DNA from: Bacteroidota bacterium
GTDB taxonomy: Bacteria; Bacteroidota; Bacteroidia; Bacteroidales; FEN-979
Length of the DNA stretch: 64,000 nucleotides
NCBI GenBank assembly: GCA_037134895.1
Contig: JBAXLI010000006.1
Coordinates: 38,812-102,811 of the forward strand
Direction of reading: 5' to 3'
Positions within the stretch are counted from its first letter, which is position 1; each line of letters opens with the position of its first letter. The notes below the pieces were generated by a model. That model did not search any database. It was not told the DNA's origin and saw nothing but the letters and a program-made list of their open reading frames with translations. A program made the translations under genes and the position numbers. Of the stretch, positions 8,380 through 18,244 are shown piece by piece.

Positions 8380-9686
8380 AAAAACAACAGCTTATCCCGG
8401 TCCTGGCCATTGTTCTGCTTGCTATGCTCACTGACTGCAAATTCCAGCCACGACATCCTGAAGCTATCAACCCTCCGTTGAATGAACAGTCAGTGAGGGA
8501 ATACATCCGGTCTGAGTATGACTATACCGAAAATTGGCTCAGCCAGTACAATACGTTGCGGGCTATCATCAAGGAGGAACTTTCATCCAGATTCTTGAAA
8601 CTACCTGAACCCATAAAACAAAAATCGGATACGGCAATCATGGAGGGCGGCCGCTGGAGAGTATATATCCACGAAAGGAAAGAGATCCGTGCCCAGTCAG
8701 GAGGATCATTAAAAACTGTTTACAGGCTTGTCGCCAGCGGCAGTGACAGCGTCTTCATCGAAGATTTCCTCGTTGTAAACCTGCAATGCCTGGTACTTCT
8801 GCTCAGTAACAACTTAAGTACTTCTATTGAAATCACCGACATCTTCACTGACAAAAAATCCGGAGCAGAAAATAAAATCAACTTCCCTGAGCCGGAAGGC
8901 AATATCAGCGGCCTTTCATATGACAAGGAAAATGACAGGCTGGAATTTGTCTATTCAAGCTGTGTAACCCCACCAACTTGTTATGCCTACGGAATTCATT
9001 CCATGCATCTTGGCATTTTATGGAAATCAAAGATCCAGAGCTTTGCCCGTGAAGACTATAAGGCTCAAATCTTATTTATGACAGGGTTAAAGGGGAGAAA
9101 GATCCCGGTGTCGGTGGTAAAAAAGATTGATGAGGCAAAGCCTGACAAACCCGCTCCGGTGGCTGTCTTTGCCGATTGCCTGAAACCTGGCAGCCCGGTA
9201 AGCAACTTCAACCCGGCACTGCTCTGCCTTCTTAACAGGGGGTTCACCATTGTACGTTTACATATTCCCGATGGGGATACATCGGTTCAAAGAGAGAATG
9301 ATCTCATTTCAGATGTTGTTTCTTCACTTGTCCATAATGGAATCGCTTCGCCCGGAATGATCACTCTTGTTGCTGCAGGTCCTGCTGCCACCATGGCATA
9401 TATTTGTGCGCAAAGGCATTCTTCCTGGTTTAAAACCCTGGTACTCGAAAATCCGCCATCATTACCCCTTCAGGCAATTTCAGGTGCACCTTTCTGCTTA
9501 ATTAATTCAGAATACAACAATGCCGTGAGCGAGAATATCATCACCGGGTTTGTTCAGGAATACAGAAAAAAAGAAAAAAGTGAAAATATCCTTCTGATAA
9601 ACAAAGGGAAGAACATAAACAAAGACAGGGCATATATGGGAGATGTCATCACCTTTATCCTAGTCTCCAATGAAATTGATAATTAA
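8376..9686 (+). CDS. lipoprotein related to S9A oligopeptidase B/prolyl oligopeptidase, catalytic residues not conserved
   Basis: The TTG start overlaps the MFS stop (TTGA). Lipoprotein signal LAIVLLAMLTDC. The N-terminus (VREYIRSEYDYTENWLSQYNTLRAIIKEELSSR) resembles the oligopeptidase B N-terminus. The C-terminus aligns to the S9 hydrolase core (LLNRGFTIVRLHIPDGD...NDLISDVVSSLV...MITLVAAGPAATMAY), but the GGSxGG nucleophile elbow reads AAGPAA. Confidence 0.55.
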   Translation: MKKQQLIPVLAIVLLAMLTDCKFQPRHPEAINPPLNEQSVREYIRSEYDYTENWLSQYNTLRAIIKEELSSRFLKLPEPIKQKSDTAIMEGGRWRVYIHERKEIRAQSGGSLKTVYRLVASGSDSVFIEDFLVVNLQCLVLLLSNNLSTSIEITDIFTDKKSGAENKINFPEPEGNISGLSYDKENDRLEFVYSSCVTPPTCYAYGIHSMHLGILWKSKIQSFAREDYKAQILFMTGLKGRKIPVSVVKKIDEAKPDKPAPVAVFADCLKPGSPVSNFNPALLCLLNRGFTIVRLHIPDGDTSVQRENDLISDVVSSLVHNGIASPGMITLVAAGPAATMAYICAQRHSSWFKTLVLENPPSLPLQAISGAPFCLINSEYNNAVSENIITGFVQEYRKKEKSENILLINKGKNINKDRAYMGDVITFILVSNEIDN

Positions 9687-9715
9687 CCCAAGTGTACAAT
9701 TAAACAATACAGACC

Positions 9716-11230
9716 ATGATGAATGAACGTGCCTCCGGCATTCTGCTGCATCCTACTTCCCTGCCCGGCAAATACGGGATCGGAACACTCGGCAAAGCTG
9801 CATTTAATTTTATTGACTTTCTCACTAAGGCAAAACAACAATACTGGCAGATTCTTCCCCTGGGCCCCACCGGGTATGGCGATTCCCCATACCAGTGTTA
9901 TTCGGCTCATGCCGGAAACCCCGATCTGATCAACCTTGAACTCCTGGTAAAATACGGTCTGTTAACAAACGACGATCTGAACTCAATGCCCCATTTCCCA
10001 CAGGGAGAAGTGCAATACGAACTGGTGCAGAAATCAAGGCTGCCTTTACTTCTCAAAGCTTTTCATGCCTTTGGGGAACATGCCCCGGATCTGGATAAAC
10101 TTGCATACCGCAACTTCCTGAAGAGTCATGCTGCATGGATTAACGATTACGCATTGTTCAGGGCCATCAAGGAAGAATCGGGAAACCTTCCATGGTATAA
10201 CTGGGCAAAAGAGCTTAGAACCCGCAACCACGATGCTTTAAAAGCCGCAGAAAACAGGCTCTCAGGGAAGACCGACTTCCATAAATTTCTTCAGTTCCTC
10301 TTTGCAAAGCAGTGGCAAAGCGTTAAAGAATATGCTAAAAAACATAAGATTCTTATCATTGGCGATATCCCCCTGTATATTTCACCCGATTCGACTGATG
10401 CATGGGCCAATCCCGATGTGTTTGAATACGATGAAAACCTTCAGCCACTTAGAGTCGGGGGCGTGCCTCCCGATTATTTCAGCGAAACCGGTCAGCTCTG
10501 GGGAAACCCGCTGTTCAGGTGGGATGCGATGAAAAATAATGATTATAAATGGTGGATGGACCGGATTCGCACCAACCTGACCCTGTATGATGTTATCAGA
10601 ATTGACCATTTCAGGGGATTTGCCGCCTACTGGGCTGTACCTTACGGGGAGGAAACAGCTGTCAGGGGAGAATGGATCCCCGGCCCGGGCAAGGACTTCT
10701 TCCACGCACTCCGGAAAGAATTCGGTAAGCTCCCGATCATAGCCGAAGACCTCGGTGTCATGACCCCCGATGTGGAGGACCTTCGTGACAGCTTCGGCCT
10801 TCCCGGGATGAAGATCCTCGAATTCGCCTTTGATTCATCGGAGGAAAATGACTACATCCCTTACAATTATACAAAAAACTGCATTGTTTATTCAGGCACT
10901 CATGATAATGATACCGTGGTCGGATGGTTCGCAAAAGCATCTGAAGCCGACAGGAAACAGGTACTTGCATATATCAATAATGACGGGAAAGATATCCACT
11001 GGTCATTCGTAAGGCTTGCGTGGTCATCGGTTGCGAATACTGCAATTGTGCCGATGCAGGATCTTCTCGGACTCGATTCCTCAACGAGGATGAACCTGCC
11101 GGGAACAGTCGGAGGCAATTGGAAGTGGAGAGCTAAGGAAGGTGATTTCCCCGATGAACTGGCCGGGGCCCTTGCCGATCTGACCGTTTTGTTCGGACGC
11201 ACAAAAAAAACAACAAGTAAACCAAAGTAA
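9716..11230 (+). CDS. malQ: 4-alpha-glucanotransferase (amylomaltase), GH77
   Basis: GILLHPTSLPGKYGIGTLG N-terminus, PLGPTGYGDSPYQ, IRIDHFRGF (nucleophile Asp), IAEDLG, YSGTHDNDT. These are the canonical GH77 blocks. Confidence 0.92.
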   Translation: MMNERASGILLHPTSLPGKYGIGTLGKAAFNFIDFLTKAKQQYWQILPLGPTGYGDSPYQCYSAHAGNPDLINLELLVKYGLLTNDDLNSMPHFPQGEVQYELVQKSRLPLLLKAFHAFGEHAPDLDKLAYRNFLKSHAAWINDYALFRAIKEESGNLPWYNWAKELRTRNHDALKAAENRLSGKTDFHKFLQFLFAKQWQSVKEYAKKHKILIIGDIPLYISPDSTDAWANPDVFEYDENLQPLRVGGVPPDYFSETGQLWGNPLFRWDAMKNNDYKWWMDRIRTNLTLYDVIRIDHFRGFAAYWAVPYGEETAVRGEWIPGPGKDFFHALRKEFGKLPIIAEDLGVMTPDVEDLRDSFGLPGMKILEFAFDSSEENDYIPYNYTKNCIVYSGTHDNDTVVGWFAKASEADRKQVLAYINNDGKDIHWSFVRLAWSSVANTAIVPMQDLLGLDSSTRMNLPGTVGGNWKWRAKEGDFPDELAGALADLTVLFGRTKKTTSKPK

Positions 11231-11231
11231 A

Positions 11232-13088
11232 ATGAACCGCCTCATTGTTATACTGTTCTTACTGCTGCCTGCCTGCCTTCTTTCCCAGCAGTCAAGGATA
11301 GAGCGGGTCGAGCCTCCGTTCTGGTGGACCGGCTTTAAAAATCCGAACCTTCAGCTATTGGTCCATGGCAAAGATATTGCCGGATGCAGCGTTTCCCTTG
11401 CAGCGGCAAATAAGACAGGAATAGCGATTTCAGCCATCCACAAGGTTAAAAATCCTGATTACCTGTTCCTCGACCTTACGTTGAGTCCGGCTGTCCAACC
11501 TGGTTTTTACACCCTTGAATTTAAGGAGAAAGATGTACTTGCGGCCACAGTGAATTACGAGCTGAAAGCCAGAAAACCCGGTTCATCCCAGCGAAAAGGC
11601 TTCAACAGTTCCGACGTGATCTACCTGATCATGCCCGACCGTTTCGCCAATGGTGATTTATCCAATGATAGTGTAAGGCGGATGCATCAGGGCACGGAGC
11701 GTTCAAAACCCGACAGCAGGCATGGTGGTGATATCAAAGGTATTGCCGATCACCTTGATTATCTTCAGGAACTTGGTGCAACTGCGCTCTGGATGACGCC
11801 TTTGGTCGAAAACAACCAGCCTGTATATTCTTATCACGGGTATTCAGCCACAGACTTTTACAAGACAGACCCCCGTTTCGGCACAAACGAAGATTATGTT
11901 AAGCTTGGAGAGGCCTTGCACAGCAAAGGAATGAAACTCATCATGGACCAGGTCTTTAATCATTGCGGCAGCGAACACTGGTGGATGAAAGACCTGCCCT
12001 CAGATGACTGGATCAACCAGTGGCCTGAATTCACAAGGAGCAACTACAGGGCCGGCAGCATAAGCGACCCATATGTTGCAGCAGCCGACAGTATAAAGTT
12101 TTCGAGGGGGTGGTTTGATAAAACCATGCCAGACCTTAACCAGAGAAATCCATACCTGAAAAACTACCTGATCCAGAACAGCATATGGTGGGTGGAATTC
12201 GCCGGGCTGGATGGTATTCGCCAGGACACATATTCTTATCCTTTCAAAGATATGATGAGTGAATGGGGAAAAAGAATGAACGAAGAGTATCCTGGCTTCA
12301 ACATTGTCGGGGAATGCTGGATGGATTATCCGGCAACAGTCGCTTACTGGCAGAAAGGATCGAAGAACCTCGACGGGTTTAATTCAAACCTGCCGTCAGT
12401 GTTCGACTTCCCACTTCGTAATGCCCTTACCCAGGCCTTCAATGAAAAAGAAGGATGGAATACCGGCATTTTGAGACTTTACGAGATAATTGCCCAGGAC
12501 TTCTCTTATCCTGATCCCATGAACATCGTGACCTTTGCCGACAACCATGATGTCAACCGCTTCCTGGATACACAGGGGGATGACATCCGCAAACTTAAAA
12601 TGGCCATGGCCTTTATCATGACGACCCGGGGCACCCCCGAGATCTTTTACGGAACAGAACTGTTGCTGACAACGGGGGCCGACCAGGGGCATGGGATGAT
12701 ACGGCGTGATGTGCCTGGCGGATGGCCTGGCGACAACCGTGATGCCTTTACTGCTTCAGGCCGCACAGTTGCTGAGAATGACATGTACAACTTTATGCAC
12801 AGCCTGCTGAATTACAGGAAAACAAGCCATGTGCTGCAATCGGGGAAACTTCTGCATTTCATTCCCTCCGATGGCATCTATACCTATTTCAGGTATGACG
12901 ACAAGAACACTGTGATGGTGGTAATGAACAATGCCGACAGCCTTCAGACTATAAAAACCAATCGCTACGATGAAGTTCTGAAAAAATTCAGGACAGGCAG
13001 GGAGATCATCAGCGGGAACATGTTCACCGACCTCGGAAAGCTTACTGTTCCTGCGAAATCAGCCCTGATTATCGAACTTAAACCATGA
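11232..13088 (+). CDS. periplasmic GH13 neopullulanase/cyclomaltodextrinase-like enzyme (SusA-like)
   Basis: Signal peptide. N-terminal cyclomaltodextrinase-type domain (VEPPFWWTGFKNPNLQLLVHGKDI). GH13 regions DQVFNHCG, DGIRQDTYSY, VGECW, FADNHDVNRF. The size (618 aa) matches B. thetaiotaomicron SusA. Confidence 0.85.
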   Translation: MNRLIVILFLLLPACLLSQQSRIERVEPPFWWTGFKNPNLQLLVHGKDIAGCSVSLAAANKTGIAISAIHKVKNPDYLFLDLTLSPAVQPGFYTLEFKEKDVLAATVNYELKARKPGSSQRKGFNSSDVIYLIMPDRFANGDLSNDSVRRMHQGTERSKPDSRHGGDIKGIADHLDYLQELGATALWMTPLVENNQPVYSYHGYSATDFYKTDPRFGTNEDYVKLGEALHSKGMKLIMDQVFNHCGSEHWWMKDLPSDDWINQWPEFTRSNYRAGSISDPYVAAADSIKFSRGWFDKTMPDLNQRNPYLKNYLIQNSIWWVEFAGLDGIRQDTYSYPFKDMMSEWGKRMNEEYPGFNIVGECWMDYPATVAYWQKGSKNLDGFNSNLPSVFDFPLRNALTQAFNEKEGWNTGILRLYEIIAQDFSYPDPMNIVTFADNHDVNRFLDTQGDDIRKLKMAMAFIMTTRGTPEIFYGTELLLTTGADQGHGMIRRDVPGGWPGDNRDAFTASGRTVAENDMYNFMHSLLNYRKTSHVLQSGKLLHFIPSDGIYTYFRYDDKNTVMVVMNNADSLQTIKTNRYDEVLKKFRTGREIISGNMFTDLGKLTVPAKSALIIELKP

Positions 13089-13110
13089 TCCATCTAATAA
13101 ACCCGAAAGC

Positions 13111-14373
13111 ATGCTCCTGATTCAAAAGAAACTCTCGAACCTGTTTTACCTGCTCATCGGCTTTCCAAGTACCGCGATGGGCTTTGCCCTATCGATCCAG
13201 ATCGCTGTTCTGAGTTGGATACTGCGGACGAAATACAACCTCGAAATCGACCAGATAGGTATCGTGTGGGCCGCCGGTCCGATTGCCGGTATCCTCGGCC
13301 AGCCGCTTGTCGGACTGATCAGCGACAAGATCTGGTTTTGGGGCGGAAGGCGTAAGCCTTTTATAATTATCGGAGGGATGCTGGCAGCCCTGATGATCTT
13401 CGCCCTTCCCAACATTGATAAAATTAATGATTTCTTCGGGATCGGCAGTATACTTGCTGTAGCTGTAACTGTAGCCCTGACCCTCGACCTTTCGATCAAC
13501 ATCAGCTTCAACCCTACACGGGCCATCATTGCCGATGTGACTCCTGACGGACAACCCCGTACCAAAGGATACACCTGGATGCAGAGTGTTTCAAACCTCT
13601 TCGGCAGCGGGGCCTATCTTATGGGAGCCCTTATCAGCAACTACTTCCTTATCTATGCCGGTGTGATCATCGTGTTCCTTTTCTCTATAGGGCCGCTGAT
13701 CTTCATCGAGGAGCCCCGGGAACTTAAAGCATCGGAAGACGATAAAGGCAATGCCGTGAAGACTAAAACCCAGTGGGGAGAGCTTTTCAAACTGTATGTT
13801 GCTCACAGCTTTTCATGGCTGGGCATACAAACCATGTTTGTGTATATTTTCGCTTACCTGGAACAGAAAATGCCTTCAATGCAGAACGTCCCGGCCGCCG
13901 ACCGCAACGCCCATCTGGGACAGATGATAGGCTGGTCGTTTTTTATCCTGAACGCAGTAGGCGCTATTTGGCCTGCATTTCTGCTTGCCCCGATGAGCAA
14001 AAAGGCAGGCCGGGTAAAAACCCAGGCCCTGATGGTGGCCAGTATGAGCGCAGGATATTTCGGGATAGTTTTCCTGGCAAGTACTCCATTCATGCTGTAT
14101 GCAATGATGTGCGTGCTGACTCTCGGATGGGCTGCCGTCGTGAGCCTGCCGTTTGCCATCATGTCTGAAAAAGTCGACAAAACCAGGATGGGATTCTTTA
14201 TGGGCATCTTCAACCTCAGCGTCGTACTTCCCCAGCTTGTTGCAAGCCTTGCAATCGGGCGTGTGATCAACCAGGCAGCAGACAAAAGCATGGTATTTGT
14301 CATAAGTGGTGTATCACTTGCCATTTCAGCTTTCCTCTGGCTGTTCGTGAGCGAGAAAAAGAAATCTGTTTAA
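13111..14373 (+). CDS. second MFS sugar:cation symporter, SLC45-like paralogue
   Basis: GLISDKIWFWGGRRKPFIIIGG motif, about 12 TM helices, and a C-terminal half alignable to the 7030..8379 product (GFFMGIFNLSVVLPQ versus GVMMGIFNLFIVIPQ). Confidence 0.85.
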   Translation: MLLIQKKLSNLFYLLIGFPSTAMGFALSIQIAVLSWILRTKYNLEIDQIGIVWAAGPIAGILGQPLVGLISDKIWFWGGRRKPFIIIGGMLAALMIFALPNIDKINDFFGIGSILAVAVTVALTLDLSINISFNPTRAIIADVTPDGQPRTKGYTWMQSVSNLFGSGAYLMGALISNYFLIYAGVIIVFLFSIGPLIFIEEPRELKASEDDKGNAVKTKTQWGELFKLYVAHSFSWLGIQTMFVYIFAYLEQKMPSMQNVPAADRNAHLGQMIGWSFFILNAVGAIWPAFLLAPMSKKAGRVKTQALMVASMSAGYFGIVFLASTPFMLYAMMCVLTLGWAAVVSLPFAIMSEKVDKTRMGFFMGIFNLSVVLPQLVASLAIGRVINQAADKSMVFVISGVSLAISAFLWLFVSEKKKSV

Positions 14374-14383
14374 AACCTCAGAA

Positions 14384-15817
14384 ATGTACAAAGCCATTGG
14401 TATACTTTTCCTCCTGACAGCAAGCCTGGGATCTGAAGCCCAGACTTTTCAGAAATTTCTCGACAGGATCAATGCCCTTCCTCTTACTGAAAGACAGGCC
14501 GTGGCCGACAGTTTCATCACAGCCTGTCCATCCTTTCCTTTTATTGAGTTTGACACCCTTGCGCATCTGATATATACCGGAACAACCACTTCCGTAGCGA
14601 TGGCCGGAGATGCCACACAATGGAACCCCAATGAGAACTTTACACTGATACAGGGAACGACCTTCTGGTACCTTACTAAAAAATACGAAGCTGATGCCCG
14701 CCTCGACTATAAACTGGTGACCGGGGGCAGTAACTGGATTCTCGATCCCAGGAACCCTAAAACCTGCATTGGTGGCTATGGCCCAAACTCTGAACTAAGG
14801 ATGGGAGGCAACGTCCCTCCACCCGAAGTCCTGTATTACCCTGAAATCCCTCACGGGACAATCAAAGACACTACATTTCACAGCATTCTATTCAACAATA
14901 CAAGGCAGGTATTGATCTATCTACCTCCTTCATACCCCCTGCCCGGAATGGAGTACCCTGTGATCCTCTTCCACGACGGGCCTGAGTACATCAGCCTGGC
15001 CACCGCGAGAAACGTTCTGGATTACCTTATCGCAAACAAAATAATGAACCCTGTGGTCGGGATCTTCGTACCCCCCGTCGACCGGCAACCCGAGTACGCC
15101 GGGACAAAGATTGACCTGTTCACATCATTCATTACAACAGAATTGATGCCCTTTTTCGACCAGAGATATAAGATCAGCAAAGACCCTGCTAAACGGGCCA
15201 CCCTGGGCGCCTCCGACGGGGGGAATATTGCCCTCTACCTGGGAGTTAAAAAGCCCGGTTGCTTCGGGAAGATTGCAGCCCAGTCGAGCGACGTCATCCC
15301 TGCAATAAGCGACGCTCTTCAGAACGGGCCAAAACTAAACCTCAGTTTCTATATCGACATCGGCACATACGATATCCCGCAACTGATCCCAATGGTGCAC
15401 AACCTTCGCGACATCCTGCAGGCTAAAGGGTATTCCTACAGCTTCCGTGAGATCCATGAGGGACACTCCTGGGGTAACTGGAGAGAACACCTGAGGATCC
15501 CTTTGATGCAGTTTTTTCCTTATTCCTTGGGGATGAGTGAGATCCCCGACGACAATATCATCCGCCTTGAACCAAACAGGCCAAACCCTTTCAGGGGAAA
15601 TACCGATATTATCTTCACTGCCCCTGCCGGTTCAACAGTTCATCTCGATCTTTGCGATTTCTCAGGAAGACTGCTTGAATCAATCTTCAGCGGGACCGTT
15701 TCCGTGACCTCCGGAAGCATCAGGTTCAGCAAGGGAAACCTTAAGGCAGGAAACTACCTCTGCACACTTGAGGTCGGGGGTTACCACACCAGCAGAATTT
15801 TTACAATCATTGATTAA
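14384..15817 (+). CDS. secreted esterase (PF00756 esterase-D/CE1-like) with N-terminal E-set/CBM48-like module and T9SS C-terminal sorting domain
   Basis: Signal peptide. N-terminal module VAMAGDATQWNPNENFTL...YKLVTGGSNWILDPRNP. Hydrolase core with the nucleophile elbow LGASDGGN and HEGHSW. The C-terminal ~85 aa (NRPNPFRGNTDIIFTAPAGSTVHLDLCDFSGRLL...GNYLCTLEVGGYHTSRIFTIID) match the T9SS type A CTD pattern. Confidence 0.8.
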   Translation: MYKAIGILFLLTASLGSEAQTFQKFLDRINALPLTERQAVADSFITACPSFPFIEFDTLAHLIYTGTTTSVAMAGDATQWNPNENFTLIQGTTFWYLTKKYEADARLDYKLVTGGSNWILDPRNPKTCIGGYGPNSELRMGGNVPPPEVLYYPEIPHGTIKDTTFHSILFNNTRQVLIYLPPSYPLPGMEYPVILFHDGPEYISLATARNVLDYLIANKIMNPVVGIFVPPVDRQPEYAGTKIDLFTSFITTELMPFFDQRYKISKDPAKRATLGASDGGNIALYLGVKKPGCFGKIAAQSSDVIPAISDALQNGPKLNLSFYIDIGTYDIPQLIPMVHNLRDILQAKGYSYSFREIHEGHSWGNWREHLRIPLMQFFPYSLGMSEIPDDNIIRLEPNRPNPFRGNTDIIFTAPAGSTVHLDLCDFSGRLLESIFSGTVSVTSGSIRFSKGNLKAGNYLCTLEVGGYHTSRIFTIID

Positions 15818-15849
15818 AGCCATATTTCTAACAATAAAATGCTGAATTC

Positions 15850-18237
15850 ATGAAACATTTAAACAGTTACTTGTACTTTATGGGCTTTGCCGTATTGCTG
15901 TTTTCCTGCAGCAAAGGAAGCGATATCCCCGTTTCAAAAGACCCCCAGATGCTAAAGCTTTCAGCCCCTGTTGTTGTGAACACCACCGACTCAACAGTGC
16001 TTGAACTCAGCGACTACCTGCTGTATCCCAACAAAATAGACTCGTTTTTCGTCGACAAGTCCTTACAGGCTTTGATTTCACCTGATTCATTGCGGATGGT
16101 CATTCACCCGCAGAACCAGAATTTTCCACGGCTCAGCATCATGACAATATGGTCAGGGGGATTCTCTTATTCCCTGCTGCTCGAACGTTCACAAAAGATA
16201 CATTACCGCTTCGGTTTTGATCCGGGTAACAAGAAGTATAAAAGGGTTCAGATCGCCGGACAGATGAACGACTGGAATGCTTCAGGCGGACCCATGTTCA
16301 TGAAAGAAGGGAAATGGTACATCGACCTGCATCTTTTCCCTGGAAAATATCAGTATAAAATTGTTTGTGACGGAAAGTGGATGAGTGACCGCAACAATAC
16401 CGATTCGGTTTCAAATAACTCGGGCGGTTTTAACTCCCTGCTGACGCTTGGAAACCTCAATCAGCAAGGTCTCCCCTTGTTGTATACAAAGGAAGCCGAT
16501 GGACGTAAACTCAGTCTTGGTATAAAGAATAATGCCGACACGATCTTTGTACTCTGGGATAATCATATGCTCGACAGCAGGTTCTGGAAGGCCGACAGCA
16601 ACGGCATTCATATCAGCGTTCCTAAATCAGCATCTTCTTTCGACCGCAGCTTTGTAAGGGCCTGGGCTGTAAATAAAACAGGTATCTCTAATGAGATACT
16701 GATCCCGCTCGAAGACGGGAAAGTAATTACCGAGGCTGCAAAACTGAAGCGCACCGACCAGGAAACAATGATATTATATTTCATGATGGTTGACCGCTTC
16801 AGCGATGGCAGCAAAGAAAACAACGCCCCCATTGCTGATAAGGATATCGATCCAAAAGTCAATTATATGGGAGGCGATCTCAGCGGGATCACAAAGGAAA
16901 TTGACAAGGGGTACTTCTCAAAGCTTGGTGTAAACACCCTGTGGATCTCCCCTGTGACACAGAATCCCAGGGAAGGGTATGTGGAGTTCCCTGCACCCCA
17001 TAGAAAATTTTCAGGCTATCACGGGTACTGGCCGATAACCCTGACCACCATCGATACCAGGTTCGGAACCCCTGATGAACTGCACAAGCTTGTAAACGAT
17101 GCCCACTCTCAGGGACTGAATGTCATCCTCGACTTTGTTTCACATCATGCCCATGAGAATTATCCTGTGTTCAAAGCACATCCCGACTGGATCACCCAGC
17201 TCGACCTTCCGGGAAAAAGAAAAAACATAAGGATGTTCGACGAAAACAGGCTTACAACATGGTTCGATATCTTCCTCCCAACGTTCGACCTTCAGAAACC
17301 TGAAGTGGCCCAAATGGTTTCCGATTCTGCAGCATTCTGGATCAGGGAATATAATATTGACGGCTTCAGGCATGATGCTGCCAAACATGTACCTGAAAAC
17401 TACTGGAGGATGCTGAATAAAAAACTTACTCAACAGGTCGTGATACCCCAGGGAAGGAAGGTATACCAGATCGGCGAAACCTTTGGAAGTCGTGAACTTG
17501 TAAAGAGTTATATCAATCCCGGTATGCTCGATGCCCAGTTCGAATTTAACCTCTATTGGGATGCCAGGGCTGCCTTTGCTACTGACAATGCGTCCTTTCG
17601 CGACCTGAATTTTTCACTCCAGCAGTCGTTTAGCTATTACGGAGAACACAACCTCATGGGAAATATCACAGGGAACCAGGATATGCCAAGGTTCATCTCT
17701 TATGCCAGCAACTCCCTGAGCTTTTCGGAGGATGCAGGTGAAGCCGGATGGAAGCGTGACATAGAAGTAAAGGACACCATCGGATACAGGAGACTGGCAT
17801 CACTCATGGCATTCAACATGACCATCCCGGGAATCCCCGTGATCTATTATGGGGACGAATATGGAATGCCCGGGGCCGGTGATCCCGACAACCGGAGGAT
17901 GATGAAGTTCGACAGCCTGAATGCCAGCGAAAAACACCTGCTGGGAATTACGTCAAAACTTGCAAATCTTCGCCGTACAAGCATGCCGTTGATCTATGGC
18001 GATTTTACCACACTGAAAGTCAATGATAAGGTGTTTGTATACATGCGTTCTTACTTCGATAAAGCGGTCATCGTTATATTCAATAAAGACCAGAATCAGA
18101 AAAAGATTGAATTTGACATCCCTGAACGCTATATCAAACTAGCCTTCATATCAACATTTGGTAACCAGTTCACACTTGAGAAGGGTAAGGTAACTATTTC
18201 ATTAAACGGTAATTCATTTGAACTTTTAACAAATTAA
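15850..18237 (+). CDS. GH13 alpha-amylase-family lipoprotein with CBM48-like module
   Basis: Lipoprotein signal AVLLFSCSK. CBM48-like block VQIAGQMNDWNASGGPMFMKEGKWYIDLHLFPGKYQYKIVCDGKW. GH13 regions DFVSHHAH, DGFRHDAAKH, IGETFG, GNQDMPRF. Confidence 0.85.
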   Translation: MKHLNSYLYFMGFAVLLFSCSKGSDIPVSKDPQMLKLSAPVVVNTTDSTVLELSDYLLYPNKIDSFFVDKSLQALISPDSLRMVIHPQNQNFPRLSIMTIWSGGFSYSLLLERSQKIHYRFGFDPGNKKYKRVQIAGQMNDWNASGGPMFMKEGKWYIDLHLFPGKYQYKIVCDGKWMSDRNNTDSVSNNSGGFNSLLTLGNLNQQGLPLLYTKEADGRKLSLGIKNNADTIFVLWDNHMLDSRFWKADSNGIHISVPKSASSFDRSFVRAWAVNKTGISNEILIPLEDGKVITEAAKLKRTDQETMILYFMMVDRFSDGSKENNAPIADKDIDPKVNYMGGDLSGITKEIDKGYFSKLGVNTLWISPVTQNPREGYVEFPAPHRKFSGYHGYWPITLTTIDTRFGTPDELHKLVNDAHSQGLNVILDFVSHHAHENYPVFKAHPDWITQLDLPGKRKNIRMFDENRLTTWFDIFLPTFDLQKPEVAQMVSDSAAFWIREYNIDGFRHDAAKHVPENYWRMLNKKLTQQVVIPQGRKVYQIGETFGSRELVKSYINPGMLDAQFEFNLYWDARAAFATDNASFRDLNFSLQQSFSYYGEHNLMGNITGNQDMPRFISYASNSLSFSEDAGEAGWKRDIEVKDTIGYRRLASLMAFNMTIPGIPVIYYGDEYGMPGAGDPDNRRMMKFDSLNASEKHLLGITSKLANLRRTSMPLIYGDFTTLKVNDKVFVYMRSYFDKAVIVIFNKDQNQKKIEFDIPERYIKLAFISTFGNQFTLEKGKVTISLNGNSFELLTN

Positions 18238-18244
18238 CACGGTT

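Noticed and set aside
13146-14324. Several 121-156-aa ORFs (13146..13574, 13189..13554, 13773..14168, 13854..14324)
   Set aside because: All lie within or antisense to the second MFS transporter gene. Their Arg/Pro/Gly-rich composition is typical of off-frame translation of a membrane-protein gene.
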